In this document: positions 25,430 through 37,867 of the stretch, piece after piece
How positions within the stretch are numbered: position 1 is the first letter of the stretch
Layout: each line of letters opens with the position of its first letter
NCBI GenBank assembly: GCA_951406725.2
Contig: OX597815.1
Location: 92,380,001 to 92,444,000, forward strand
Length of the DNA stretch: 64,000 bases
From: Octopus vulgaris
Taxonomy: Eukaryota
Reading direction: 5' to 3'
The notes under the pieces: generated by a model
What the model was told of the DNA's origin: nothing
The model's input: only the letters and a program-made list of their open reading frames with translations
Database searches by the model: none
Made by a program: the position numbers and the translations under genes

Positions 25430-25820
25430 ATCTTTTACTTGTTTGTCATTAGACTACAGCCATGTTGGGTTATTGCCTTGAAAAAGTTTTAGTCATATGA
25501 ATCGACCCCAGTACTTATTTTTTTGTTAAGCCTGGTACTTATTCTATCAGTATTTTATACTGAACTAATAAATCACGGGGACGTAAACACACCAACATTG
25601 GTTGTCAAGCAGTACTGGGGGTCAAAGACAGATGCAATGACACACACATACATAAATATGACAGGCTTCTTTCAGTTTCCATCTACCAAATCCACTCACA
25701 AAGCTTTGGTTGACCTGAGGTTATAGTAGAAGACTCTTGTCCTTGGTGTCACACATTGGGACTGAACCTGGAACCATGTGGTTGGGAAGCAAGCTTCTTA
25801 CCACACAGCCACACCTGCAC
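25430..25820 (-). mobile_element. tRNA-derived SINE, family B
   Basis: Reverse complement of gtggctgtgtggtaagaagcttgcttcccaaccacatggttccaggttcagtccc...gtggatttggtagatggaaactgaaagaagcc; homologous to 56652..57035. Confidence 0.8.
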
Positions 25821-26609
25821 CTCTCTCTCTTTCTCTCTATATATATATATTATATACACACGCGCGCGTGTGCACGCACACACACACACACAACTTCAGA
25901 GTGGAGACCTGGTATGAATGCTAGCAACAGAACTGACACTGCTAAGGACATTAAAAGTGTAGATGGGGATGTTAAATTGAGTAATAGATCAAATCTATCA
26001 ATTATGATGGACCTGAAGCTTTCAATAATGCGTTAATCCTTTCTCAAAACAACTATATCATCACTTTGGAATCTTTCTCTATGTACACATCAACCTACAG
26101 AAGTCGAAACCCGATCAACAATTATATCAACCTTACATTCTTAGACATTATGAGAATATCATGGGTACTGTCTCTCCACAGCTGTCCTCAGTGATAAGGA
26201 TTTTTTACACAAGCTCAAAGCAACACATTTCTACTGAGTAGTGTAGTTGATTAGTTCAACCCCAATACTAACTGGTATTTTATTTGATGGGTCCTGGAAT
26301 GATGAAAGCAATATATTTAGAATAAATATTTATTCACATATTTCTTGTTCCCTTAGTTATAAGTGAATAATTCATTTCAATAGGTTACAATTATTTAATG
26401 CTAAATAAATAACAGTTGTGGGGTCTGATTTAGGAGATGACCTAGAAGAAAACTTAATTTTTAATATATTATTTCACATTTTGTACTAATTATAACAATA
26501 GAAGGGTCGGGGGACACATTTATTGGGTTGTGCATTGGATATCAGTTGGCCTTAATCTAGCACTGCTTGGAGATACAACAGCCTAGCAAAGCTGTTTTAC
26601 ATTTTAACT

Positions 26610-26900
26610 CCATTATCTTAACAAGTGACAATGTGAAAATACTAAGGAATTTTAGAATACAGATAGACAGACAGCTAGATAGCAAAAATAAGCTTGACAT
26701 AATTTTCCATTACAAAACCTATAATGATGCAGAAGTAAGAAAAGCAAATTATAGCAACTTAGCTGTTGAAAGAAAAGCACTATGGCAATTAAGAAAATGT
26801 ATCCTTCATCTAATTTGTAATTAGTACAACTGGAATGGTACAGAACCACTTCTGACAGATTGCCTATGAGGATAGACATAGGCACATTCCAAATAATAGC
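26610..26900 (+). mobile_element. Highly decayed R4/Dong-like non-LTR fragment (restriction-like endonuclease region)
   Basis: SDNVKILRNFRIQIDRQLDSKNKLDII...YSNLAVERKALWQLRK resembles the KILWDF.IQTDR...N.PDI / KY..LA.E...LW.L motifs. Confidence 0.5.
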
Positions 26901-27452
26901 ATTGCAAGGATTTGTAAATATTACTAATACATTCTCAATAACATTTGTTAACTTTGGAAAGTTTTTCTTTTTTTCATGTGAATAAAATATATTTCTTAAA
27001 TGATGGAAAATGAACACAATGGTTTTTAACATTGACATAACATTACATATTTCAAAGGAGGTTGTAGTGGATATAATTGACACCAGTACTTAACTCGTAT
27101 TTATTTTATCAACTTCAGAAAGAGGAAAATAACAGTAAACTCCAGTAGTATTCGAACTCAGAACATAAAAGCAATAACTAAATACTACAAGTCATTTTAT
27201 CTAAACTTCTACTATTTTCTTGAGAAATCAATGGTGATTTCTGTTATGGACAGGGACCCACAAATTATTTGGAGGAGAAATAAAGTCAATTAAGTTGGTT
27301 CCCAGTACTTGGATGGTATTTTACTTATATCAACTCTAGAAGGATAAAGATTAAAGTTGAGTGAAGTGGGATTTGAACTTCAAACGTAAAGTGCTATAAC
27401 TAAATACTGCAAGGCATTTTGTTTGATGTCCTACCAATTTTTCCAATCATAT

Positions 27453-27502
<50 letters not shown>

Positions 27503-28317
27503 TACAACAACAACAACAACAATTTGTCTTGTTCCCAATGCAACCTATTTTATGAATGATAATCAGTCCCGTGTATAATATGACTATGATACCACATATT
27601 TGTTCACTGCAATTTTTGGCAAACAATGTACTCAACAAATGAATAATGTCTCCACAATTTGTACTCATCTATCAGATATAAATCACAAATGCACCCCCCC
27701 CACACACACACACATACAATGTCAAGCATTGTTTCAGTTTGAAGTAGTTGGAAATTCCACTGACTGAAATAATAGAACACTAGAAATATAGAACAGTAAA
27801 TGATACCAATGACAGTCCTGTGAGTGTGTAGCTGTGTATGTCTATAAATGCATTTTGTTGTGTAAAAATCAGTTTGTGTGCATATAACTGTTACTGTGTG
27901 AGTATATATATATATATATATATATATATGATTATTAGGTCATACAACATGTTGATATCGTTAGCAATTTATTAACCTCTTCTAGATTACAGCTAGCAGC
28001 AGCAGCAATAGTAGACTACTACTACTTCAACATCTCAATCACTGCAGTGACCATCACCATTACCACTATCACAAGAACCATTATTATTAACACCACTAGT
28101 GGTGTTGTGGACACAAGGAGCTACAGTAAATGTAGTCAGTGAGTTACACTGAAAGATACGATAAAACACATTTGAAAGAAAACATAACAAAATGGTTTCA
28201 CTGCTGAGGAAATGTTGATATGGTGAAATATATTTGACCACTGGTCATTCTAGACTGGTTATTAGCTCAAACAATAACAAAGTAATTGAATCAAAGAAAA
28301 TAACTGAAATCCCTTAC

Positions 28318-28440
28318 CTTTGCCCAACAGTCCACTGCCGTATAACGCCGGAATCTGATCCATTTCCGTTTGCGTACACAAGAATTCCACTTGATATCTT
28401 GTGTCCAATATGAAGGGAAGTTGGCTGCATATTGCCAACC
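28318..28440 (-). CDS. TECPR1: TECPR1 coding exon 3 (dysferlin domain, C part)
   Basis: ctag|GWQYAANFPSYWTQDIKWNSCVRKRKWIRFRRYTAVDCWAK|gtaagg; 123 nt; DysF GWxYA and VRxRxWxR motifs. Confidence 0.95.
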
Positions 28441-28619
28441 CTAGCATTGTAAATTAACAAAAATCTAAATATTAGAGCAATGTTACAGTGTTTAGAGAAA
28501 AGCAAATTCTTAGAGTGTGTAGGACAATACAATAACAATAATATATTGTAGAACACAGAAACACATTGTAACAGATTATAATATAATATAATGAAATTAT
28601 TGTATACAGTGCTCAGGTG

Positions 28620-29760
28620 CATCACAACTTGTCAAAAGTGCATATAAAGCATATGTAGTTATGTACAAATGTCTGGGAAGCGAACAGGGTATGAGTCAGA
28701 TACATGTTTGCGTGTGTATGGAGGGGAGAAAATCAGGTGTAGTGTTGGCGAATCTCAGGAAGCATGGAAGTTTTGAAGGATGCAGTGCTCCAACAACTAA
28801 CAACTGATGCCGGCAGTTTGTTCCATGCTTCAGTAACTCTTAGTGTGAAAAAATGTTTCCAAAAGTCATGGGAGCTGTGCTGTTTTCTGACTTTGTAAAC
28901 ATGTCCATGGGTGTTAGACAGGTGGAGTTTGAAAAGGTGCTCAGAGTTATTGTTAGGAAGATGGTTAATAATTTTATGGGTGTCTGCCATGTCAGCTGCC
29001 AGATGTATCCATGCCCAGGGAAGTAAGGAGTTCACAATATGGAAAATGACGGATGGAGGGTATTCTCTTGGTTGCACGTTGCTGAACGGCTTCCAGGCGA
29101 TTAATATCCTGGGCAAGATAGGGGTTCCAAACCGGTGATGCAAATTCCAGGTGAGGCCGCACCATAGCTATATAAAGCCTCAGATAGATAGCCAGAGAGC
29201 AGCTCACAAAGGACTTGGTAAGTGATGCCAAGACATCCTCAGCCTTCTTGGCAATTTTAGCAATGTGTTTTGTCCAACGCAAATCGCTGTTAACAATAAT
29301 GCCCAGGTCACGTTCACAAGAAGACTTTTTGAGATTAGTGTTGTGGAGGGAGTAAGTAGATGCTGGGTTTTTCCTCCCCAAATGCATGGTGGTACATTTG
29401 TCCACAGCCAGCTTGAGTTGCCAGTCCATGATCCATTCTGCTGCATTGTGTCCAGGTCTGATTGCAATAAAGATCTATAGTGTACAGAATCTGTCCTCTT
29501 TATTTTGAGGTACAGCTTGATGTCATCTGCATATTTCAGACCTGTGGCATTCTTTAAGTTGGCATCTATGTCATTAACATATGCATCAAATAAAAGGGAG
29601 CCAAGAACAGATCCCTGTGGTACACCAGATATCATTTCATAGGGTGAAGAGTGCTGTCCTAGAACTGTGATAACCTCTTTTCGGCCGATAATGAAGGACT
29701 TCAATCAGTTATAGAGATCATCTCTTACACCCATAAGTCTTTTGTGTGACACAGAATTAA
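28620..29760 (-). mobile_element. CR1/L2-type LINE RT fragment, frameshifted
   Basis: SGVPQGSVLGSLLF, KYADDIKLY, WQLKLAVDKCTTMHLGRKN, ERDLGIIVNSDLRW, VRPHLEFASPVWNP, FFTLRVTEAWNKLP. Confidence 0.9.
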
Positions 29761-30090
29761 AAGCCCTAGATTGTAGAATGGTGTACTGAACTTGGTCATA
29801 CTGTATAGGTACACATACTGTGTAAAACTACAGAGGTCATATTAATACATTGTGATACAGAACACAGTTAACAGTGCAGAGGATGCAATAACACATTATA
29901 CCCCACAACAATGCATTACACTACAGTGTAGGACAATGTGGAAAACACAACAACATACTGTATGACAGTGTAGGATAGTGTGGAGGAGAGTGTTTAAGAC
30001 ACAGTATCATTGCAATACACTGTAATACAGTATGTACGATACAATAGTAATTAAAAGGAATGTAATAAATGGGCCAGATTATTTACTTAC

Positions 30091-30276
30091 ACCACGGTCA
30101 GTCAAATGTCCTCGAAAATTCTCATCCACACTCCAATCGCCCTCCCATTCCCAGTACTGTGATGGCAACTCAAAACTATCTTTCGGATAATAACCTTCTC
30201 CGCTTTCATCACTCCAGTTCTTGCGTTCTGTTGGCAGCAAGTTCTTGCCAGAGAAGCCATTAACTGGAGTCCATCG
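30091..30276 (-). CDS. TECPR1: TECPR1 coding exon 2 (dysferlin domain, N part)
   Basis: gacag|RWTPVNGFSGKNLLPTERKNWSDESGEGYYPKDSFELPSQYWGMGGDWSVDENFRGHLTDRG|gtaagt; 186 nt, phase 0/0; DysF RW..P/WSD/DW.VD motifs. Confidence 0.93.
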
Positions 30277-32970
30277 CTGTCAGAGAATAAAACAGTAAAA
30301 CAGAAACTGGTATTTAATGATAGATCAACAATTTGGTACAAGAAGATTAAGAAATACTTGCTACAGGGGACATGTCAGGTAACATACAATAGTTTGAAAT
30401 TATTAGTCAAAATAGAGGTTTATACTATAAATACACCACATGAAAAGCCTACAACTGAGCTTCTATGCAAGCACTTGACCTACAAAAATAAAAGCGAATT
30501 CTTACTCTTTTAAAATAAAAGGATAGACACAACTTGAAATCTTGTTTATTGTAAGACTGTTCAATTGAATTCAAACTGGACGGAATTATATATGACAGCA
30601 TATAAAACATATTACCAGATGACTAATGAAATGTAATGTAATATATGCACGCGCGCACACACACACACACACATATAATTCGTTAACTGAAAGTTTGTAT
30701 TATGCACCACTAGATGACAGTATATATTACACAAAAACAGATGATAATATATAATCTTATCACTAGCTGACAGTATATTAAACACACACATGCAAATGCA
30801 TACAAACATAATACACTCACAGAGAATGTACACCAATATATACACAGGCACAACATACCCTATCACATACTATTAATGCCTCATTCATAAATGAAAAGGC
30901 AAAAGAAATTTCATTCCATAATTGAGGTTTGAGATTCAATACCCACAAAATCTAGAATTAGATAAATTATTACTACAAAAGCAAAATTAGAAACAATACA
31001 GCAATTAATTATTATTTGTTTTTAAAATGATGGTCTGATTAATTAGTATAAAAACTGTTGATCATTTATGAAATTATCTCTATAAAAGATTACCATATTT
31101 TACCATTTCCTTGCTATCATGTAAATAAAATATGAATTATTGGTTTTATCTTCAGCAGAATCTATTTCTACACATACACCACACCAACTATTTGATCAGC
31201 TGGCATCTAGTATGACTGCTGCTATATATTTATTATTTTGAAATCTCAAATTTCCAGCCACACACCACACCAATTGTCTCAATAAAATCAGAATTAGCTG
31301 CCAATGCCACCAATTTTGGCAATTGCTGGAAAGAACACAAAACTGGAATGTTGTTACAAAATCAATTATAAAATATATGAAAACCATTTGAACAAAGAAT
31401 TGGCAAATGTTTTGTTACCCATTAAATTGCTGTTAGTATTATTATTACATTTTAAGATGTTTTAATTTGAAAGTATACCTATGAATGGAATTTTTTGTGT
31501 TTGTTTATAACTATTCTCTAAATTCCTACAATAAAATAAGGAGTCATTATTTAACAAAAAAAAAATGCATCATCACTGGAATTTAGATGATAAAAATATA
31601 TATTCACTATTATAGTAAAGATACAGCACAATCCACTCTTACTCTCCTCTTGCTTTCTCTCTATCTATTTATATCTTTCTTATATTCATACACAGGGCTG
31701 ATGAGAGGGGAGTTCATCTTGGAGGCTTGCACAAAACTTTAATGTTTTGTGGAGGTCTCCATGATGAGACACATCACACAACAAAAGTCAACACACACAG
31801 ATACAGTATATACACAAACAGACACATTCACACACATGTGCACAAAACAGACACAATATCTTAATACAATACATCACTCAGTCACATGCTGGTTGAACTG
31901 TAAACAAGTTTTACAGATTTTAAGTCCTTTCACTGCTAGTTCAATTAAATGAGTGACAGGAGAAAATTCACTTCATTGGCTTTGAAATTTTGCTGCCATT
32001 TCAAGAAGTGCCAGTGTCCACATAAAGTATCTTTCATTGGATGATATTTCTGGATCAACAAGGGAGTTTTTATGGAAACAGAACCCCTACCATCACCTTT
32101 GGCTGCTATTTCTAGCAAGTGAAATAATAACATAGAGCACCTCCCTACTTTGTTGGTCAAGGAACTTTGTCTGCCAGGTCAACTGTCAACAAAGAGGCTC
32201 CCCTATTGGTTCAAACTCATTTGTTGTTTATGAGTAAGAAGGGTGTAGTATTGTAAGACTGAATGTGTTGCTAGAATGCAAAGAAGAATCTTAAGAATGC
32301 CTTCTTCACTGTACCACAGTGAAAGCTGAATCACTTCTACAACATTCCTAGCAACACTATTTGCAAATTCTCTTGCCAAGTCTTTCTTTAACTGTTATTT
32401 GTAAAAGTATAAATAGAGATTCGATTTCAAATGCTAGAATATGAAGAAGGCATTCAATAGAGAAGTGTTGACTATTACAACCAATCATTTGTAAAAAGGA
32501 TAAAGAGTTTAAAAAATGAGTTGAGGTGGGGCAAGTAATATTTTTTTATGGAATTTTCAGACTATAATAAATTTGAACTTAGGAAAAGAAAAGAAAACAA
32601 AACCAGAATATGAAGAAGATACCAAGTGCATCATCAACTATTTATAAAAGAATAAAGAGCTACAAAAGAGTACCATATTTTGTACAGGATCTTCAGGATC
32701 TGATAACTTCAGGTCAGAGAAGAAAATAAAACCTACCTAAACATGAAGAAGGTAGTGCAAGTGAACAATGTCAATTGCATTATCAATCATTTGTAAAAGG
32801 ATAAGGAATTATAAAAGGAAAGGGAGTGGTTATTTTCTTTTTATGGTATCTTCTGACTAGTAACATCAATATTACAATTAGAGAAACCAAACCCTTATCA
32901 AAATGCAATGAAGGCATTGTAAAGTGGTAGACTTAACACATTATCCTGTTTAATATCACCAGGTCCTTAA

Positions 32971-33190
32971 CCCTTTCGTTACCAACCCAGCTGAAACCAG
33001 CTCTGGCTCTGAGTACAAATGTCTTGTTTTCATAAGTTTTGAATTAAAATCTTCCACTAAACCTTAGTCACAATTTATGTTCCTAACACTAGCTGAATGA
33101 CAACTAAGTTATTTTACTAAATTATTTGTTATATTTAAAGTAATTGAAAGAAACAAAGAACATCTCAAACTAAATACGGTAACGAAAGGG
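32971..33190. mobile_element. piggyBac-like MITE, 220 bp, perfect 13-bp TIRs, TTAA target-site duplication
   Basis: TTAA|CCCTTTCGTTACC ... GGTAACGAAAGGG|TTAA. Confidence 0.88.
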
Positions 33191-33501
33191 TTAAGTGCCT
33201 TTTAATGAAGGCTACTCTGTTGGAAGTATCTGCAGCAGGTCTCAAGTTTAAGGATAGCTTTCTCACCCCTCTCACTAATCTCATTGGCTCTAACAGGAAC
33301 TACAGGTCCAGCTTTTCCTCCTCTGACTAAGTAATTAAACCAAAAATGAAAGATGTAAATTGTATCGAGTAATCAGTAGCAAAAGTATATAAAGAAAAGG
33401 AGATCATATTTTATATGGTATCTTCAGACAATAATAAATTTAAACTTAGGATATTTAAGAAGAAAATAAAGTTCCACCAGGATATGAATGAATATACATA
33501 C

Positions 33502-33738
33502 CTCATTTTCATAAGTTTTATCTTGTATCCGAATTGGTATTTCTAATGGGTAAACATAAACGTAGATCTGGTGGTAACAGCTCAAGCCCCAGGCACAGTC
33601 CGGTGTGGCAGAGATTCTCTTGAAGTGTGATGTATACTCAGAACTTGATTTATTAACTTGTTGTACATACTTGGCTTTTGTGAAGAGTGTGAACACATTG
33701 CCATCCCAGCTGACCAGCCAGAGTGGTGACCCAAGCAT
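33502..33738 (-). CDS. TECPR1: TECPR1 coding exon 1 (start codon; first TECPR repeats and start of DysF). The exon acceptor is at 33757.
   Basis: MLGSPLWLVSWDGNVFTL...FKRISATPDCAWGLSCYHQIYVYVYPLEIPIRIQDKTYENE aligns with human MPNSVLWAVDLFGRVYTL...FKRVSATTQCCWGIACDNQVYVYVCASDVPIRRREEAYENQ (recalled). Acceptor ttatag|, donor GAG|gtatgt, 237 nt, phase 0. Confidence 0.93.
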
Positions 33739-33969
33739 TGGCTACTTCCCATTGATCCTATAACACAATCAGAATACATTACATATATTGGGTCATATTA
33801 TAAATAATGCGATTTTTCAGTTGCATAAACTAAAAGTCAGAGGAGGACAGTATAAACTACCTGCATCAACTTGCTATAAAAGCAGGTAGACATTTTACCT
33901 TGTGCTTATTCTTAGTGCAAGTTTTGAAGAGTGCTGTTCAATTTTAACAATTATTTTTTCAAAGTTATA

Positions 33970-34720
33970 ATGGAAGTGAAAAAGGAGCATATTCAGCATA
34001 TTTTGCTTTATGAGTTCAATAAAGGCAACAACACAAAGGAAAGTGTGAGGAATATTAATGCAATATAAGGGGATCAGACAATAAGTGTAAAGCAGTATCA
34101 ATGGTGGTTCCAGAAATTCCGAGCTGAAAACTACAGTCTAGAAGATGAGCCTTGTCCTGAAAGATCTGTAGAGCTTGATGAGGAAGTCCTGCAAACACTG
34201 GTGGAACAAAATCCCTCATAACTGTTGAGGAACTAGCTGGATTTGTCACCGGAAAAGACAGCAAATTAGGTCAATGGGTTCCTCACAAACTTTCCAAGTC
34301 TAATTACACGCAGAGAGTGAGTCTCTTCTTTGCTGTCATGTCTCACAAGTTAACCTTTTTCGGACTGAATAGTGACTGGTGATAAGAAATGGATTCTCTA
34401 TAAAAATGTCAAACACAGTGGTAGGGAAAGGAGAAACACCAACACCCCAGGCTAAAGAAAGTCTTCACCCACATAAGGTATTATCTGTTTGGTGGGTATG
34501 AAAGGTTTAGTCCACTTTGAACTTTTAAACCCAAACCAAACGATAACAAAGGAGATCTCCTGCAAGTAGCTTGAATGGCTTAAGTCAGTGCTAGAAGAAA
34601 AACGACTATCTTTGGTGTTCTTCCATCAGGATAATGCTTGACCACATACAGCGAGGATGACATTCCAAAAGCTGGAGCAGTTTGAATGGGAAATGATGCC
34701 CCACCCACCATATTCGACAA
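33970..34720 (+). mobile_element. Mos1/mariner (DD34D-type) transposase pseudogene
   Basis: MEVKKEHIQHILLYEFNKG..WWFQKFRAENYSLEDE, WVPHKL, IVTGDKKWILYKN, FFHQDNA, PHPPYS; contains stops and frameshifts. Confidence 0.85.
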
Positions 34721-34849
34721 ACTTTCTAAGGAGATGCTGACAGATTTATTACCACATATATCTAACTAGCCTTCTTCAACTGGCACCAAGATGAGAAAGT
34801 CAATGTACATTCTCAATACATTCTATATTTTTTATGTGAAAAGTTTGAC

Positions 34850-37030
34850 AGAAGCTGGCCAGCTGTAGAGCTACCCAGGTTTCAGTCTGTTTTGTTGTTT
34901 CTACTGCTGGATGCCCTTCCTAACACCAACCACTTTGCAGAATATACTGGGTGCTTTTACACAGCTCTGGCATGGCTGCTTTTACATGACACCAGCAGCC
35001 ACAAGCCAGCAAGATTAGGAATGCTCAGCTGAAGAGGGATGCCTGTATTGCAAGGACAACCACAATTTTACTTAGCTTGTCAGGAGTCTCAGTCCCCTGT
35101 CATTCCCTCTGCCAGGCCCAACGTCTGAAGATCTTTTCTCACCACTTTGTCCCACATCTTCCTGGGTCTACCCCTTCCACACATTCCCTCCACAATTAGA
35201 GATTGGCACCTCTTGATGCAACTGTCTTCATTCATACACATTACATGACTGTACCTACACAGTCTTCTCTCTGGCACACTACATCTGATATACTGTACAC
35301 CCAGTTTTTCTTTCAAGTCACTTACACTTTGTTGTATATGCACTCTGACATTACCCTTCCAGCAGAGCATACTGGCTTCATTTCTTTCAAGCCTTCGCAT
35401 ATCCTCAGTAGTCACAGCCCATGTTTAACTGTCATGTTCATACACAGGCATCATACAATCTGCTTTTCACTCTGAGGGAGAGGCCCTTTGTTACTAACAG
35501 AGGTAGTAGCTATATAAACTTTGCCCAGCCTATTTTATTCAAGCAGTTATGCTTTTGGAATAACTTCCATCACTACTGCCTTGGTCACCAAATGGAAACT
35601 GTCCACTACTTCTAGAGATACTCCCCTGACATTTAAGAGAGTTTATTTTTTTGAGAGTTTGTTTTTTGTACGTCCCTGATGTTTAATGTACCTGCACATC
35701 TGCCACGTGTAAAGACTACCTTCTCTGTTAGTCATTCAGTCATACCACTACACCTCATATGTGTCCATAGCTTGCACTGGCGCATATACATATATGTGCA
35801 CACACACACACACTTCAGTTCTTTGGTTCTCATGTCACTGAACATTGGCAAACTTCCTCTTTTCTGCTTCTCCCTTGGCTATATATATCTGTCTCCTAGC
35901 TTCCCTTTTGGCTATCTGATACATTCTCCTGCTACCCCCACTCTTCTAGGTCTTCCAAGCCTGTTTCTTTGCTTTAATGGCCCTGTCTACAGTATCGTTC
36001 CACCACCATGTTACCCTAGGTCTGGAAGGGACTTTGCACCAGCCACAGATTTGGTCTGTGGCACTCAGCAAGCTGTCTCACAGGAATCCCCAGCTACCTT
36101 CTATGTCATAGGACTGTAGATCCTCATCCCCATCATCAAACTTCTCGGTAAGGACATCCCTAAATCTTCAACCATGTGAAGGGTTCTTAAGCTTCCAAGT
36201 CCTTCTTTTCCAGATAGGTCTGCTTTCTGGTATCCTTCTGGCCTCGAGTCTAAAGTCACTAATAACTAGTCTATGCTGGGGGATGCATTCTTCATCAGGG
36301 AGGGTTTTTGTATTTAAGAGCAACCATGCATTCTGCTGTCTGGTGAGCATGAAATCAATCTGGCTAGCAGAGTCACCTGATGGATAGGTTATCAGATAGC
36401 TAGCTGGCTTCCTGAAGTTGGTATAGCAGATCAATAGGTTATTTGCATTACAGAACTCCAAAAGCCTAGTTCCCTCTTCATTTCTGGTACCAACTCCATG
36501 GCCCTCATGTATACTATGGAAGATACCAGGTTGCTATCTGACATGCCCATTAAAATCTCCACCCACAAAGATGTGATCATTGTCACTCGTCTTTGAGGTA
36601 GTCTGCAGAAGAATATCATAAAAGTGATCCTTCTGTTCATCTGGTAAGCCTGCTTGTGGGCTGTAGTCAGAGATAATTGTAGCTATACCATTCTGCAAGA
36701 CTAGCCTGAGTTTAAGTACTCTATCGCACACCCTCACTACCTGTATGACCTTATCCATCCATTTCTCTGCAAGAAGTATGCTCACATCACCTATTCCATC
36801 ACTGTTATCTTCCCAGAAGAGCTTATACCTATGTGCTTTGTCTGTGAAGACTCTGGCTGAAGTTCCTCTCCACCTTACCTCTTGTACAACATACAGCAAC
36901 ATATCTCTGTTCAGGCATCTTTACAACCTCACTAGACCTACCTTTCAATATGCCTACATTTACAGTGCCAACTCTGAAAACTGGGAAAGAGATATGGGAG
37001 GTAACACAGGATGGAGAGATGTTATTCAGC
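34850..37030 (-). mobile_element. Older, internally deleted RTE-type LINE (APE endonuclease plus RT C-terminus and tail)
   Basis: RVGTVNVGILKGRS, VQEVRWRG, SDYSPQAG, VGGDFNGHV, SQIDFMLTR, QHRLVISDF (APE); RLERNEASMLCW, GRGRPRKMW (RT end). Confidence 0.88.
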
Positions 37031-37867
37031 ACCTGAAAAAAAGGTTCTACTGATGCTGCAGATATAAATGTAGAAAGAAGAAAAAGAGAATGTAAGAGGG
37101 CTTCTATCTGGTTTAGTTAGTCCAGAGATGGTGGGGAGAGAAAGGAGAGAACTGCAAGATTACCAATATAAGAAGAGAGAAGGGATGGACAACTGGATGT
37201 CTGGTAAGAGAAAGAGATTTCCAGTATTGGTGGTGGGGGTGGGAAAGGGTGGCCCATCATGGACACGAAAAGTCATTTTAAGGGGTAGAGCAAACAAGAA
37301 AGAATTATTTTAGAGAAAAGTACAAAAGATGTATATATATGTAGCGAAGAAACAAAGTTAGTCATTGTAGGGACAGAACAAAGAAGAAAGAATTAGAGAA
37401 TAGATGAGTTTGAATGAATGAGGCGATTAAAAATGAGAAATTCTTAGCTTAGCTGATTTTCAAGTGTCATCAAACGGCCAAACACATGGAATAGATTAAC
37501 AAAAGTCTGAGGGGAGGGGAACAGGTGTGGAGGCAACAGCCGGAAATGGATGAAGATGGCAGACTTTGCCCTAAGCTGAAAGAGGAATAACAGGGAGTAG
37601 CCATTCCAACAAGAAATAAGAGATATACAAACAGGAAAGAAATTGTTTTAGCGAATGGTACGAAATATGTATATATGTGTAGTCAATAAACAAGAGAAGA
37701 GATTATTATTTTAGAGGGAGAGATTGCAAATTTGGAAGTCATTTGAATTAAATATGTTTACAGTTTACAAAAGCAACCACAGACATGAAGTTATTTTAAA
37801 AGGTAGAGCAAACAAGAAAGAATTATTTTAGAGAAAAGTATGATAAAAAGATATACATGTGTATATA

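Noticed and set aside
31698-31760. CTGATGAG motif suggesting a hammerhead
   Set aside because: No matching stem II/GAAA or stem I could be built.
37276-37840. ~46-bp direct repeat (ggtagagcaaacaagaaagaattattttagagaaaagta) about 520 bp apart
   Set aside because: Purine-rich sequence upstream of a LINE with no LTR or TSD hallmarks; likely a local duplication.
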